Source: a virus (lineage: Duplodnaviria > Caudoviricetes). Taken from it: DNA of 24,897 bases. The notes under the pieces were generated by a model. That model did no database searches. It was not told the origin of the DNA and saw nothing but the letters and a program-made list of their open reading frames with translations. Positions 15,039 through 23,835 of this stretch are shown piece after piece. A program made the translations under genes and the position numbers. The number at the start of each line of letters is the position of its first letter. The stretch's first letter is position 1. Location of the stretch: positions 1 through 24,897 of IMG/VR virus record IMGVR_UViG_3300020458_000017; one strand, given 5' to 3'.

Positions 15039-15500
15039 ATGCCAGATCCAACTCCAGTAACAGGCCCAGCAGCTGATACCGTTGATTCACACCTTTCCAC
15101 ATTGCAATTTTGCTCAAGCGGCATTGGTACCGTTGATACATTTTTGCCTGGTTTGGATGTTATCCCACAAATCAACTCTGGTGACCAATACGAAGATGAC
15201 ACCGACATAGCCGCTGCCAATCGCAGCTACCACAAACGTGCATTACCTGAAGACCAGGACTTTGAGCTTGCATTTCGTCATAAACCGGGCGATGCAAGCC
15301 AGGCCGCATTTACAACATTGGTGAAAGCTCGCGATTCCATCACCATTAAAGTAATTCGAGCCAGTGGTGAAGTTCAGGATGTCGTCTTTTTACCGCAAGA
15401 TCACTTCAGTGGTGAATCTGGCAAGGAATCGGGTAAACAGATGTTCGGCTGTATCGGCAAGCTACAACAAGTTGCGTTCTCTACCCTACCAGCAGCATAA
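15039..15500 (+). CDS. Major tail tube protein
   Basis: Position between terminator and chaperones, good SD (AGAGG); D.TD....R......L.E...F.L...PGDA.Q pattern. Confidence 0.75.
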   Translation: MPDPTPVTGPAADTVDSHLSTLQFCSSGIGTVDTFLPGLDVIPQINSGDQYEDDTDIAAANRSYHKRALPEDQDFELAFRHKPGDASQAAFTTLVKARDSITIKVIRASGEVQDVVFLPQDHFSGESGKESGKQMFGCIGKLQQVAFSTLPAA

Positions 15501-15511
15501 GGTAATTGTTG

Positions 15512-15847
15512 ATGATCACAGCAGCGCAAATTATGGCGGGGGAGTTAGCCACTTCCTCGCGCGAATTTGATATTCCCGGCATTGGTAAAATGAAACTTCA
15601 CCGTTTACCGGCAGTTGATGAAGCCAGAGCCAAAGAGCTGTTCAGCGAAGACCAGGCCGACTTTAAAAAATTGGAAAAAGTTGCACAGCGGAATATCTAT
15701 TACATGCTACACGGTGAGTTTAATGATAAAGAAGCAGCGAAGTTACCCAACCTGCTTGATACCCATCAACTTGCCATGATTTATAGTACCGGGTTGTTCT
15801 TTATCGACCTAAAGCAAGACAACCTCGAAGCTATTGAAAAAAACTAA
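15512..15847 (+). CDS. Tail assembly chaperone (lambda G-like)
   Basis: Lies between tube and tape measure; ends ...EKN* on a slippery A-run. Confidence 0.85.
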   Translation: MITAAQIMAGELATSSREFDIPGIGKMKLHRLPAVDEARAKELFSEDQADFKKLEKVAQRNIYYMLHGEFNDKEAAKLPNLLDTHQLAMIYSTGLFFIDLKQDNLEAIEKN

Positions 15848-16089
15848 AAGAGCAGCCCGAGTTAGCCGCACTCTGCAATCTGGCAGATAACTTGGGTTGC
15901 TCACTCTACGACCTGCGGCAACGCTTACCGGCTGAAGAACTCGAACTTCGATTAGTCCACCAAGGGCTGAAAATGGGCCTGACCTTTGACAGAAGCAGGC
16001 AACGAGAAATCGAGAAAGAGCAAAAGCGGCGCGACACCGAAGCATTCTTAAACACCTGCCCATGGCGGAAAAATAAGAGACCAACGTAA
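15838..16089 (+). CDS. -1 frameshift extension of the tail chaperone (lambda T-like; G-T fusion)
   Basis: Heptamer A AAA AAC at 15838-15844. The -1 frame is open from there (LKEQPELAALCNLADNLGCSL..L..RL...EL) to 16089. Confidence 0.85.
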   Translation, partial: KKLKEQPELAALCNLADNLGCSLYDLRQRLPAEELELRLVHQGLKMGLTFDRSRQREIEKEQKRRDTEAFLNTCPWRKNKRPT

Positions 16090-18360
16090 ATGGCGACAAT
16101 AGCAACACTCACTATCGACTTGATCGGTAAAAGTGCAAAGCTGACTGCTGAGCTACGAAAAGCGAACAAGAATACTGAACACTGGGCAAATAAAACCCGG
16201 AAAATGGTGAATTCTTCCGCTAAAGTGATGGCCGGTTTTGGTGTAGCCGGTGTTGCTGCGTTTACCGCCATTTACACTAAGAACGCGCAATTTATAGACC
16301 AGCAGGCAAAAACGGCTGACCGATTGGGCTTAACCACTCAGGCATTAAGCGGCCTGCATCACGCGGCAGAACAAACAGGCGCAAGTACAGAATCCCTGAA
16401 CATGGGCTTGCAACGGATGACGCGCCGGATTGGGCAAGTGGCAGCAACAGGCTCTGGTGAAGCTAAAGTTGCGCTGGACCAGCTGGGCATATCCATTGAT
16501 GAAATTAAGAGCAAAAGCCCGGATGAGCAGTTTGCATTAATTGCTGAGAAAATGGCGGATGTCAGCAGCCAGGGGCAAAAAGTATTCCTTACTCAAAAAC
16601 TCTTCGATTCTGAGGGTGTAAAGCTCCTAAATACACTCAACCTTGGCGCTGATGGCATTAAAGCTATGATGGACGAAGCCGAAGCACTCGGCTTTGCCAT
16701 TAACAGAGTCGATGCGGCCAAAGTAGAAATGGCAAACGATGCTTTTGACCGCGCCCAAAAATCGACGCATAGTTTTGGGCAGGCCTTAGCCACAGAAACA
16801 GCCCCTATCATTGCCGCACTATCAGACATGTGGACAGAATCAGCTAAAGAAGCAGGCGGCTTTGGGCAAGTTGCACAAAACGTAGTTGTCGGTGTAGCTA
16901 AGGGTATTGGCTTTCTATCTGATATGGGCCGTGGCCTGCAAGTTGTCTTCATGCTTGTTCGCCAGGCGGTGGCTGAAGTATGGAATGCACAGATTCAGTT
17001 ATTCAATAGCGTTGGCCAGTGGGGCGCAGGGTTCCTTGAAAAGCTGGGCCTGGATGTATCCGGTGCTAAGAATTTACAGTCATTTGCAGACTCATTTAAC
17101 GCCACAACTGATCAGCTCGGACAGGAATTACAAAATCTTCTCGATGAGCCCATGCCATCAGAGAAGATAAAAACCTGGATTGATGATGTACAACAAAAGT
17201 TTCAGGTTGCAGCTGAAGAGCAAACCAAAAAGAACCGACTTAGCTTAGAAGATCTGCTAATCGATGATGAAAAAAAAGCCAGAGAGAATGCCGCCCAAGA
17301 AGCACAAGAGTTTGCCGCTAAAGGACAATCATTAGTTACCAGTGCTCGTAACCAATATCAGCAGATTTACGAAGCTCAGTTAGAGTTAGAAGGGAAAGAA
17401 GCTGAATTAGAGAACAGAGCCTTCGAAAGACAAAAAAGTGCACTAGAAAAGGAATTTTTGGAACTAGAAAAACATTATGGCTCAGTAACTGATCTAAAGA
17501 AAAAAATAGAGGCCGAAAAATCTTCGCTAAAAGAAACTGGTGGAGATGGCGCTATAACCTGGGCGGAAAACAGCGAATCATCAAAGCTCTATGCTCTCAA
17601 GTTAGAACTTGAGCAAATGAGTGAGCTTGAAAATGAATATAGACTTGCTGATGAGCAGCTAACTATTCAACACAATGCCCGACTTGCTGAAATCGAGAAC
17701 CAACGTAACCGAGAGATTAAGCAAGGTTATAGTGAATTGTTAGGCGTAATGGGCAGTTATTTCGATGGCATGGAAGGCAAAAAAGCGGGTTATGCCAGGG
17801 TTGCAATTAGTTTAGGCCAAACACTACTGGATGAAGAAAAGCGCAATTCAATCGAGAGCATTTGGACAAACACATACGATACTGCAATGAAAGCGTATAA
17901 CGCATTGGCTGGGTTAGGTCCTACCGGCCCATTCCTTGGCGCAGCAGCAGCTGGTGTTGTTATTACAGCAGGTACGTTGTATGCCGCAAAAGCATCTGGG
18001 GTAGCTGGTTTCGAACAAGGCGGTATGATTGGCAACCAGTCAATTGTCGAGGTAGGCGAACGAAACAAGCCAGAGGTTCTGTCATGGGGTGGTCGAAACT
18101 TCTTACTTGGCGGTAACGGCGGCGCAGTATTCAACACGTCGCAGCTTGATTCCACTGCATCAGGTAAGAATCAAGGGTTAGCACAACATGCCCAGCCAGT
18201 TTTCAACGTGCATTTACACAATTATTCTGGCGAGGGTTCGCGATTCTTAACCAGAGACGGCGCACTACATCTTATTGTTGGTGAAATGCGAGACAGCACA
18301 AGCCAAAGCCGTGAAGCCCTCCATTCATCATCAAATGTAAAACCGGTTGCGGCGTATTAA
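16090..18360 (+). CDS. Tail tape measure protein, 756 aa
   Basis: MATIATLTIDL N-terminus, Ala/Gln-rich helical body, C-terminal GFEQGG...VGERNKPE. Confidence 0.95.
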   Translation: MATIATLTIDLIGKSAKLTAELRKANKNTEHWANKTRKMVNSSAKVMAGFGVAGVAAFTAIYTKNAQFIDQQAKTADRLGLTTQALSGLHHAAEQTGASTESLNMGLQRMTRRIGQVAATGSGEAKVALDQLGISIDEIKSKSPDEQFALIAEKMADVSSQGQKVFLTQKLFDSEGVKLLNTLNLGADGIKAMMDEAEALGFAINRVDAAKVEMANDAFDRAQKSTHSFGQALATETAPIIAALSDMWTESAKEAGGFGQVAQNVVVGVAKGIGFLSDMGRGLQVVFMLVRQAVAEVWNAQIQLFNSVGQWGAGFLEKLGLDVSGAKNLQSFADSFNATTDQLGQELQNLLDEPMPSEKIKTWIDDVQQKFQVAAEEQTKKNRLSLEDLLIDDEKKARENAAQEAQEFAAKGQSLVTSARNQYQQIYEAQLELEGKEAELENRAFERQKSALEKEFLELEKHYGSVTDLKKKIEAEKSSLKETGGDGAITWAENSESSKLYALKLELEQMSELENEYRLADEQLTIQHNARLAEIENQRNREIKQGYSELLGVMGSYFDGMEGKKAGYARVAISLGQTLLDEEKRNSIESIWTNTYDTAMKAYNALAGLGPTGPFLGAAAAGVVITAGTLYAAKASGVAGFEQGGMIGNQSIVEVGERNKPEVLSWGGRNFLLGGNGGAVFNTSQLDSTASGKNQGLAQHAQPVFNVHLHNYSGEGSRFLTRDGALHLIVGEMRDSTSQSREALHSSSNVKPVAAY

Positions 18361-18710
18361 TGCTTTATTATCCATCGTATTTACCTGCATGCACCCTTTC
18401 TGCCCAGCAGGATACTCAGTTAAATACCATTACGAGCGGAATGCCTGGTGACTCAGTACAGCGCTTAGGCAGTAAACGAGCATCTACCATCAGAGCAGTG
18501 CAGTTAAAACTCTTCGGCGCCCAGCTGCCGGTATTTGAATACTTTGTCAGAGATTTACACAACGAAGGCGTTGACTGGTTTTATGGTAAAAGCATTTCTA
18601 AAACAGGCCCAACACACCAAAAAATGAGAATAGTAAACGGGGCTTACTCAGTAAGCTTTACAGAAAGTATGGATTACGTTGTTTCGTTTTCAGTTGAGAT
18701 TGCACAATGA
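18360..18710 (+). CDS. Minor tail (distal tail-like) protein 1
   Basis: Translationally coupled to the tape measure gene; YP..LP...FEYF....L..G.DWF pattern. Confidence 0.75.
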   Translation: MLYYPSYLPACTLSAQQDTQLNTITSGMPGDSVQRLGSKRASTIRAVQLKLFGAQLPVFEYFVRDLHNEGVDWFYGKSISKTGPTHQKMRIVNGAYSVSFTESMDYVVSFSVEIAQ

Positions 18711-19153
18711 ACCAATGGCCGGCACATATCACATTTAAAGGCGATTACTCATACAGCTCTGAGCCCTTAGTATCTCGAACAACATCATTAAGCCAACACG
18801 TAAGACAGCGGCTTGTACAGGTTAATAGAAACGATAAATTCAGCGTGTCTGTGTTTGTTGAAGAATCTGATTATGAAGAACTGATCACTTTTGCCAAGAA
18901 TAACCCTGATGTCTTTCTGGGTACCTACTTTGATTGTGACGTAAAGCAATCTGGTGAATTGCGAATTGTTGATGGTTCTATCAAAGCCAGTATTGAAGTG
19001 GGTTCAAAGTGGCGTGTGACCTTTACGATTGAAGTGATAAATCGCCAGCATGCAATTGGCGAAGAACTCTATGCACTTTTCGAGGAAATCGATCCTTACG
19101 ACCTCGGAAAAATGGCGAATATCCTGGCTAACACAGTGAACAGTAATCCATGA
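18707..19153 (+). CDS. Minor tail (distal tail-like) protein 2
   Basis: ATGA overlap; WP......YS......RT......RQR...W.VTF.IEV pattern. Confidence 0.7.
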   Translation: MNQWPAHITFKGDYSYSSEPLVSRTTSLSQHVRQRLVQVNRNDKFSVSVFVEESDYEELITFAKNNPDVFLGTYFDCDVKQSGELRIVDGSIKASIEVGSKWRVTFTIEVINRQHAIGEELYALFEEIDPYDLGKMANILANTVNSNP

Positions 19154-19665
19154 GTGAAGCATTAAAACAAGCCTATGCCAGTTTAAGTGACGACCCTATC
19201 TATGCAATACGGTTAGTCCACGCTGGGCTAACTAACAAAAGCCGCGCCTTTATTGGCATGCATGAAGATCTTGAAACCACCCTGGAAGACGGAAGCCCCG
19301 TTACTTATCAATCAACGGGCATGGAACTTTCATTGCCCGAGAAATCAGGCATGGGGAAACAAGACATATCGTTTGCTCTGTCCAATGTGTCACTAGAAGC
19401 AGCCAGAGAAATTGACTGGGTAAAAAACTATAATCGGCAGGAAGTAAGAGAAGGCCGGGAGCCTACGAAAATCTATCTTGAACTACGCATATTTGTCGCT
19501 TCAGATTTATCGGTTCCAAGAGCGTTGGTAAGAATGATTGTACAAGACACCGTTGTTAACTTAAGAAAAGTCAGTCTCAGAGCATCATTTCTTGAGCTGG
19601 CCAACACCGAATGGCCAAAAAGACGTTACTACCCTGAGTTTTTCCCCGGTACCAAATATGTTTGA
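19150..19665 (+). CDS. Tail tip protein, DUF1833-like (lambda L-like position)
   Basis: L.QAYAS, TLEDG..VT......LSLP, QDISFAL.NVS, N.EWP.RRY....FPG.KY. Confidence 0.85.
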   Translation: MSEALKQAYASLSDDPIYAIRLVHAGLTNKSRAFIGMHEDLETTLEDGSPVTYQSTGMELSLPEKSGMGKQDISFALSNVSLEAAREIDWVKNYNRQEVREGREPTKIYLELRIFVASDLSVPRALVRMIVQDTVVNLRKVSLRASFLELANTEWPKRRYYPEFFPGTKYV

Positions 19666-20017
19666 TTGGCGTTTCTGGCAATATCGCGATGACAATAACT
19701 GCTGGGATTTTGTGAGAGAGGTATTACACAAAGAATTTAACGTTCCCGCTGAATTCATTCCCAAATTCGGTATTTGCCCAGACGACAAAGCCGCCATGAC
19801 CCGGGAGTTTAGAAACGTTAAAAAGCGGTTCCATAGAATTACTGCCCCAAAAGACGGTGCTGTTGCCTGCCATTTTTCAGATGAAGTGCTGATTCATGTT
19901 GGGATAGTAAGAAATCAAAAAGTGTGGCACGCCAGTCGTTCAAGAGGACTGAGTGTCGACCCTTTCAATGTGTTCGAAAAGTTTGCTATAACAAGGTATT
20001 ACCAGTGGCAAGGCTAA
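19658..20017 (+). CDS. NlpC/P60-like tail assembly protein
   Basis: ATG at 19658 overlaps the previous stop; NCWDFVREV, HVGIV, VWHA catalytic pattern. Confidence 0.85.
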   Translation: MFDWRFWQYRDDNNCWDFVREVLHKEFNVPAEFIPKFGICPDDKAAMTREFRNVKKRFHRITAPKDGAVACHFSDEVLIHVGIVRNQKVWHASRSRGLSVDPFNVFEKFAITRYYQWQG

Positions 20018-22488
20018 ATATATACAACAAATTAGGGAATTTTTTGGAATCCCATAACGTAGATAGCACTTTAACGTTATGGTTGACAGACAATGTACCA
20101 GGCTATGCAAAAGCTGCACATCACCCGTTTTCAGCAAAGTTAAATGGCAGTGACTGGCCACATGACAAGCATACCCAAACTTTAGTTGCAGATGACATAA
20201 TTGATGTAACCATTGAACCTCAAGATCCATCTACCTGGGTTTATGTAGCTATCACGCTTCTTTCCGTTGGCTATTCCTATTATGTGTCCAGCAAAATACC
20301 GAATGGTTATCAGGAGTCCACACCAGACGGCAATAGCATCTACTCACCTAATGCAAGGGCCAATACAGCTAAACCAAATGGAATTATAAGAGAAATAGCA
20401 GGGTCAGTACCCATATACCCTGACCTCATCTCCCCTGTTCGGCGTAAATATGAGAGCAATATTGAGTACCTGTATTTGAACCTCTGTGTTTGTGTGGGTG
20501 AACTCGACGTTGATTTGAATAATCTTTACATAGCCGAAACACCATCACTGAACTACGCTGGCGATATTTCAGCGCAGTTTAGCCAGCCAGGCTCTGATGT
20601 TACTGGTCATCCATCTTATGAAAATTGGTACACCACCGATGAGATTAGTGATCTAAAACTTGTCACCTCGGCAGATAGCGAAGCTGGCGCCTGGACTATT
20701 GATGCATCTGGTGACCAAATGACAAGCTATGACAATGGCACAGCGGTTACTTTCCCTTTTGCTATTGATGAACGTTTTACATTAACTGGCTCAACCAATG
20801 CGGGTACGTACCGGGTAGCCTCTGTCAGTGGTAGTAACGGTGAAACAGCAACTGTTGTCGAACAAATTGTTACTCGTTACTGGGATGGTGACGGAGAAGA
20901 CCCTCGGTATTCACAAGGCAGTTATGTAACGGAGTATGAGGATGCAAGTAGCACGACACTCACCACGACTACCGGTGAGTCGGTGGACTGGGGTGCGGTT
21001 TCTGGCGGTGTGAACTGGGAAGGCCCATTCGAAGTGTTACCACAAGGAGAAACCACCGATACCATCGAAGTTGATTTTCGTTTTCCGCGTGGGTTGGCCC
21101 GTACCGAAAACGACGGCAGTTTATCGAGTTTAACAGTCGCTGTTAAAGTGGCTTACCGTGAAGTGGGTACCAGTACATGGACAGAGCTGGATTACAGTTA
21201 TACTAATAACACGCTTGATGAATTAGGCTTTACCGAGTCAATTACGCTATCAGGTGTAATGCGCCCAGAAGTTCGCGTTCGCCGAGTCACTGCCGATGCA
21301 GGAACCACATCTACCGTCAATGACATTCATTGCGTTCGAATAAGAAGTTTACTGGAAAGCCCCGCAAGCTATGCTGATGTAACGACTCTCCAGATCAGGC
21401 TGAGAGGTACAAATGCACTGGCCCAAACCGCAGAAAATAAAATCAACATCCGTGGCGCTAAACGAAAACTACCAACGTTAAAGAACCTCAAAGATCATAT
21501 ACAAAACAGTGAATCTCTCAGCGTAAGCGCAACCAGTTCCATTATGCGTTTTGTTGCCTGGTCAATTTATGACGCTAGCGGCGAAGACATCATTAACTGG
21601 GCGGTATTAGAGGAACTTGAAACATTATTGGAAAGTCGGGGGGATAGCTTAAACGCCGACTTCTCCGACCAAACCACACTCTGGGAAGCACTCAAAATAA
21701 TGCTCATTCCAGCTTACTGCGAACCCTCCATTAAAGAGGGTTTTTTTTCGCCTGTTCGCTTTGCAGAAACCGATGATTACAACAACCTTTACACCCCAGA
21801 CATTATGCTCGATAGCGGCATTACCCGCACTGACACACATTTCAAAGCAAGTGAACCAAAAGGAATCATTGTTGAATATCTCGATCCGGTTACCAGTAGC
21901 AATGAAACGGTAAAATGTTTTTTACCTGGCGACCACGAAGCCAAAGCAAAGCGTATTCAAATGAAAGGCGTGACAGATAAAACCAGAGCCTGGCGCTTAG
22001 GTTGGCGTGAGCGCTATCGATTAGCCTTCAAACCGGCCACATATAATTTCAGTACCGCCACCGATGCACTAAACAGTGATTACGGTAGCCCTGATGCATT
22101 GGTTTCACCATTAAAAGCGAACCAGTCATTCTTTGTAACAGACTACTCGCAGCCGGTACTTACCTTAGATTTCGAACCAGAATTTGAAGCAGGCCAACAG
22201 TATATTGCCGTTCTCAGAAAGCCAAATGGCCAGTTCTCCGGTGTTTACAGCATTCAGGCCGGTGCGTCTAACAATCAAATTGAACTGGTTTCACCCAATA
22301 CACTGGACTTTCAGATTGTATCTGATCCGCAAATGGAACCCACTATTTGCTGTATTGGCACTGCAGATGAATTAGTTCAAAGAGTCTTTATTCGTAACAT
22401 CCAACCCAGCGGCACTGAGACAGTAAAAGTTACCGCTGAAGAGTACATTCCCGAAATTTTCCAAAACGATAATAACTATCCCGAGTAA
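20005..22488 (+). CDS. Central tail tip/host-specificity protein (lambda J-like core with I-like N-terminus)
   Basis: Probable GTG start at 20005; SIY..NARAN.AK....IREIAG...IYPD, EVDF.FPRGL, GVTD..RAWR.G.R. Confidence 0.88.
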   Translation: MARLNIYNKLGNFLESHNVDSTLTLWLTDNVPGYAKAAHHPFSAKLNGSDWPHDKHTQTLVADDIIDVTIEPQDPSTWVYVAITLLSVGYSYYVSSKIPNGYQESTPDGNSIYSPNARANTAKPNGIIREIAGSVPIYPDLISPVRRKYESNIEYLYLNLCVCVGELDVDLNNLYIAETPSLNYAGDISAQFSQPGSDVTGHPSYENWYTTDEISDLKLVTSADSEAGAWTIDASGDQMTSYDNGTAVTFPFAIDERFTLTGSTNAGTYRVASVSGSNGETATVVEQIVTRYWDGDGEDPRYSQGSYVTEYEDASSTTLTTTTGESVDWGAVSGGVNWEGPFEVLPQGETTDTIEVDFRFPRGLARTENDGSLSSLTVAVKVAYREVGTSTWTELDYSYTNNTLDELGFTESITLSGVMRPEVRVRRVTADAGTTSTVNDIHCVRIRSLLESPASYADVTTLQIRLRGTNALAQTAENKINIRGAKRKLPTLKNLKDHIQNSESLSVSATSSIMRFVAWSIYDASGEDIINWAVLEELETLLESRGDSLNADFSDQTTLWEALKIMLIPAYCEPSIKEGFFSPVRFAETDDYNNLYTPDIMLDSGITRTDTHFKASEPKGIIVEYLDPVTSSNETVKCFLPGDHEAKAKRIQMKGVTDKTRAWRLGWRERYRLAFKPATYNFSTATDALNSDYGSPDALVSPLKANQSFFVTDYSQPVLTLDFEPEFEAGQQYIAVLRKPNGQFSGVYSIQAGASNNQIELVSPNTLDFQIVSDPQMEPTICCIGTADELVQRVFIRNIQPSGTETVKVTAEEYIPEIFQNDNNYPE

Positions 22489-22494
22489 CTAACC

Positions 22495-23835
22495 ATGACA
22501 CAGCAATTTCCATCTGTGCAGGAGATTTATGATCTTCAGCGAGATATGAAAGACGCCGAAAAAATTGTGAACGGTGACGCAGATACAATCGTGCAAACCC
22601 GACTTGGCGGTGAGAAACCCAGCTTAGCCAGGGCAATTACACAGGCAGTTTTACAATACGGGGCCACTAACTCTCGCGGAGCCTGGCAAACAGGCGTGAG
22701 TTACCAACGCAACGACATTTGGCAAACAGGTACTACTTGGTACCTGGTGTTATCCGACTATACCAGCGGCGCAACAGCTCAAGACGATATTGATAACGAA
22801 TCTGTGTATGTGTATGCAGGCGGTGTGGTGCAATCAGATCTCACCGCGCTCACTGATATGCTTGAGACTGCGATTGCCAGTGTGCGTGATGAAAGTCTGT
22901 CCACTACGCCGGGTAATTCAGTTTCTCCGCCAAATTCCCTACCTTACTTGCTGAAGCGCTATATCGGCTATCGCGAAATAGAAAGCTTGCCCGCCACCAA
23001 TGACGGGCAGGCGGTGCTGGTTGATACGGTGCGTGAGGAAATTTACCTGCCGGTCTCCACCGGGTTTGCTCAAGTCCCAAAAACCATTCGCTCCCGGTTG
23101 TTTTTTGTCTGTACGCGGGGCTATATGCTGCGATTTACCAGCGCCTACACCGGCACCATTAAGGCGCGGGTATACCCGATTGATGATACCAGTGTGTTTT
23201 TACCCGGTGCGCCGGTGCTGGCGAATAACCAGTGGCACGAAATCAGCGCGAGCGTTGCCAGTTTGTATAAATTTGGTTGGGATGATAATGCCGGGGATGG
23301 CTTTCAGGGCATTATTGACTGGGTGCGGCTGGAAAACACCAGTGATGGAAAGGAAAAGTGGGTTGAGCTTAGCAGCAATCAATCCAGCTTGCCCAGTATT
23401 GGCGCGATTGTGGACTATCAATTTGGAAGTCAAACCCAAACGCGATTCCAGCAATTTGATTTACGCAGTGATGGCTACTGGTACGGCGAAGATATTACCC
23501 CGGCAGCGGCTTACAGTGCTGGCGCAAGCTGGGAGCAGGTAGCGGGTGAATTGCTGACCTATACGGCGACCGCCGCCACCGATGAAACTGACGCATTACA
23601 ACTCTTTGCGTCCAACACTTACGATCTCTATGAGACAGAACTAATTGTTGTGACCAGTAACTTAACCAACTCAATGGCCGCCACCATTGATAATGCAGAG
23701 CCAAACATCATGCACTATGACGGCCCGCATAAGTTCATCATTGATAAAGAGCGTATCTATTTTAAACGTGCAGGCGGCGCTGTATCAGGAACATTTACCA
23801 TTGAATCTGCAAAATTAAGGCTTCCTAATGACTAA
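22495..23835 (+). CDS. Tail fibre/receptor-binding protein
   Basis: N-terminal anchor (D.EKIVNG....VQTRLG...PSL), CBM5/12-like RGAWQTGVSYQRNDI.....WY, beta-rich C-terminal part. Confidence 0.75.
   Translation: MTQQFPSVQEIYDLQRDMKDAEKIVNGDADTIVQTRLGGEKPSLARAITQAVLQYGATNSRGAWQTGVSYQRNDIWQTGTTWYLVLSDYTSGATAQDDIDNESVYVYAGGVVQSDLTALTDMLETAIASVRDESLSTTPGNSVSPPNSLPYLLKRYIGYREIESLPATNDGQAVLVDTVREEIYLPVSTGFAQVPKTIRSRLFFVCTRGYMLRFTSAYTGTIKARVYPIDDTSVFLPGAPVLANNQWHEISASVASLYKFGWDDNAGDGFQGIIDWVRLENTSDGKEKWVELSSNQSSLPSIGAIVDYQFGSQTQTRFQQFDLRSDGYWYGEDITPAAAYSAGASWEQVAGELLTYTATAATDETDALQLFASNTYDLYETELIVVTSNLTNSMAATIDNAEPNIMHYDGPHKFIIDKERIYFKRAGGAVSGTFTIESAKLRLPND

Noticed and set aside
17400-17660. A-rich stretch in the tape measure gene as a foreign insertion
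   Set aside because: Explained by Glu/Lys-rich coiled-coil coding; the frame is intact and there are no boundary repeats.
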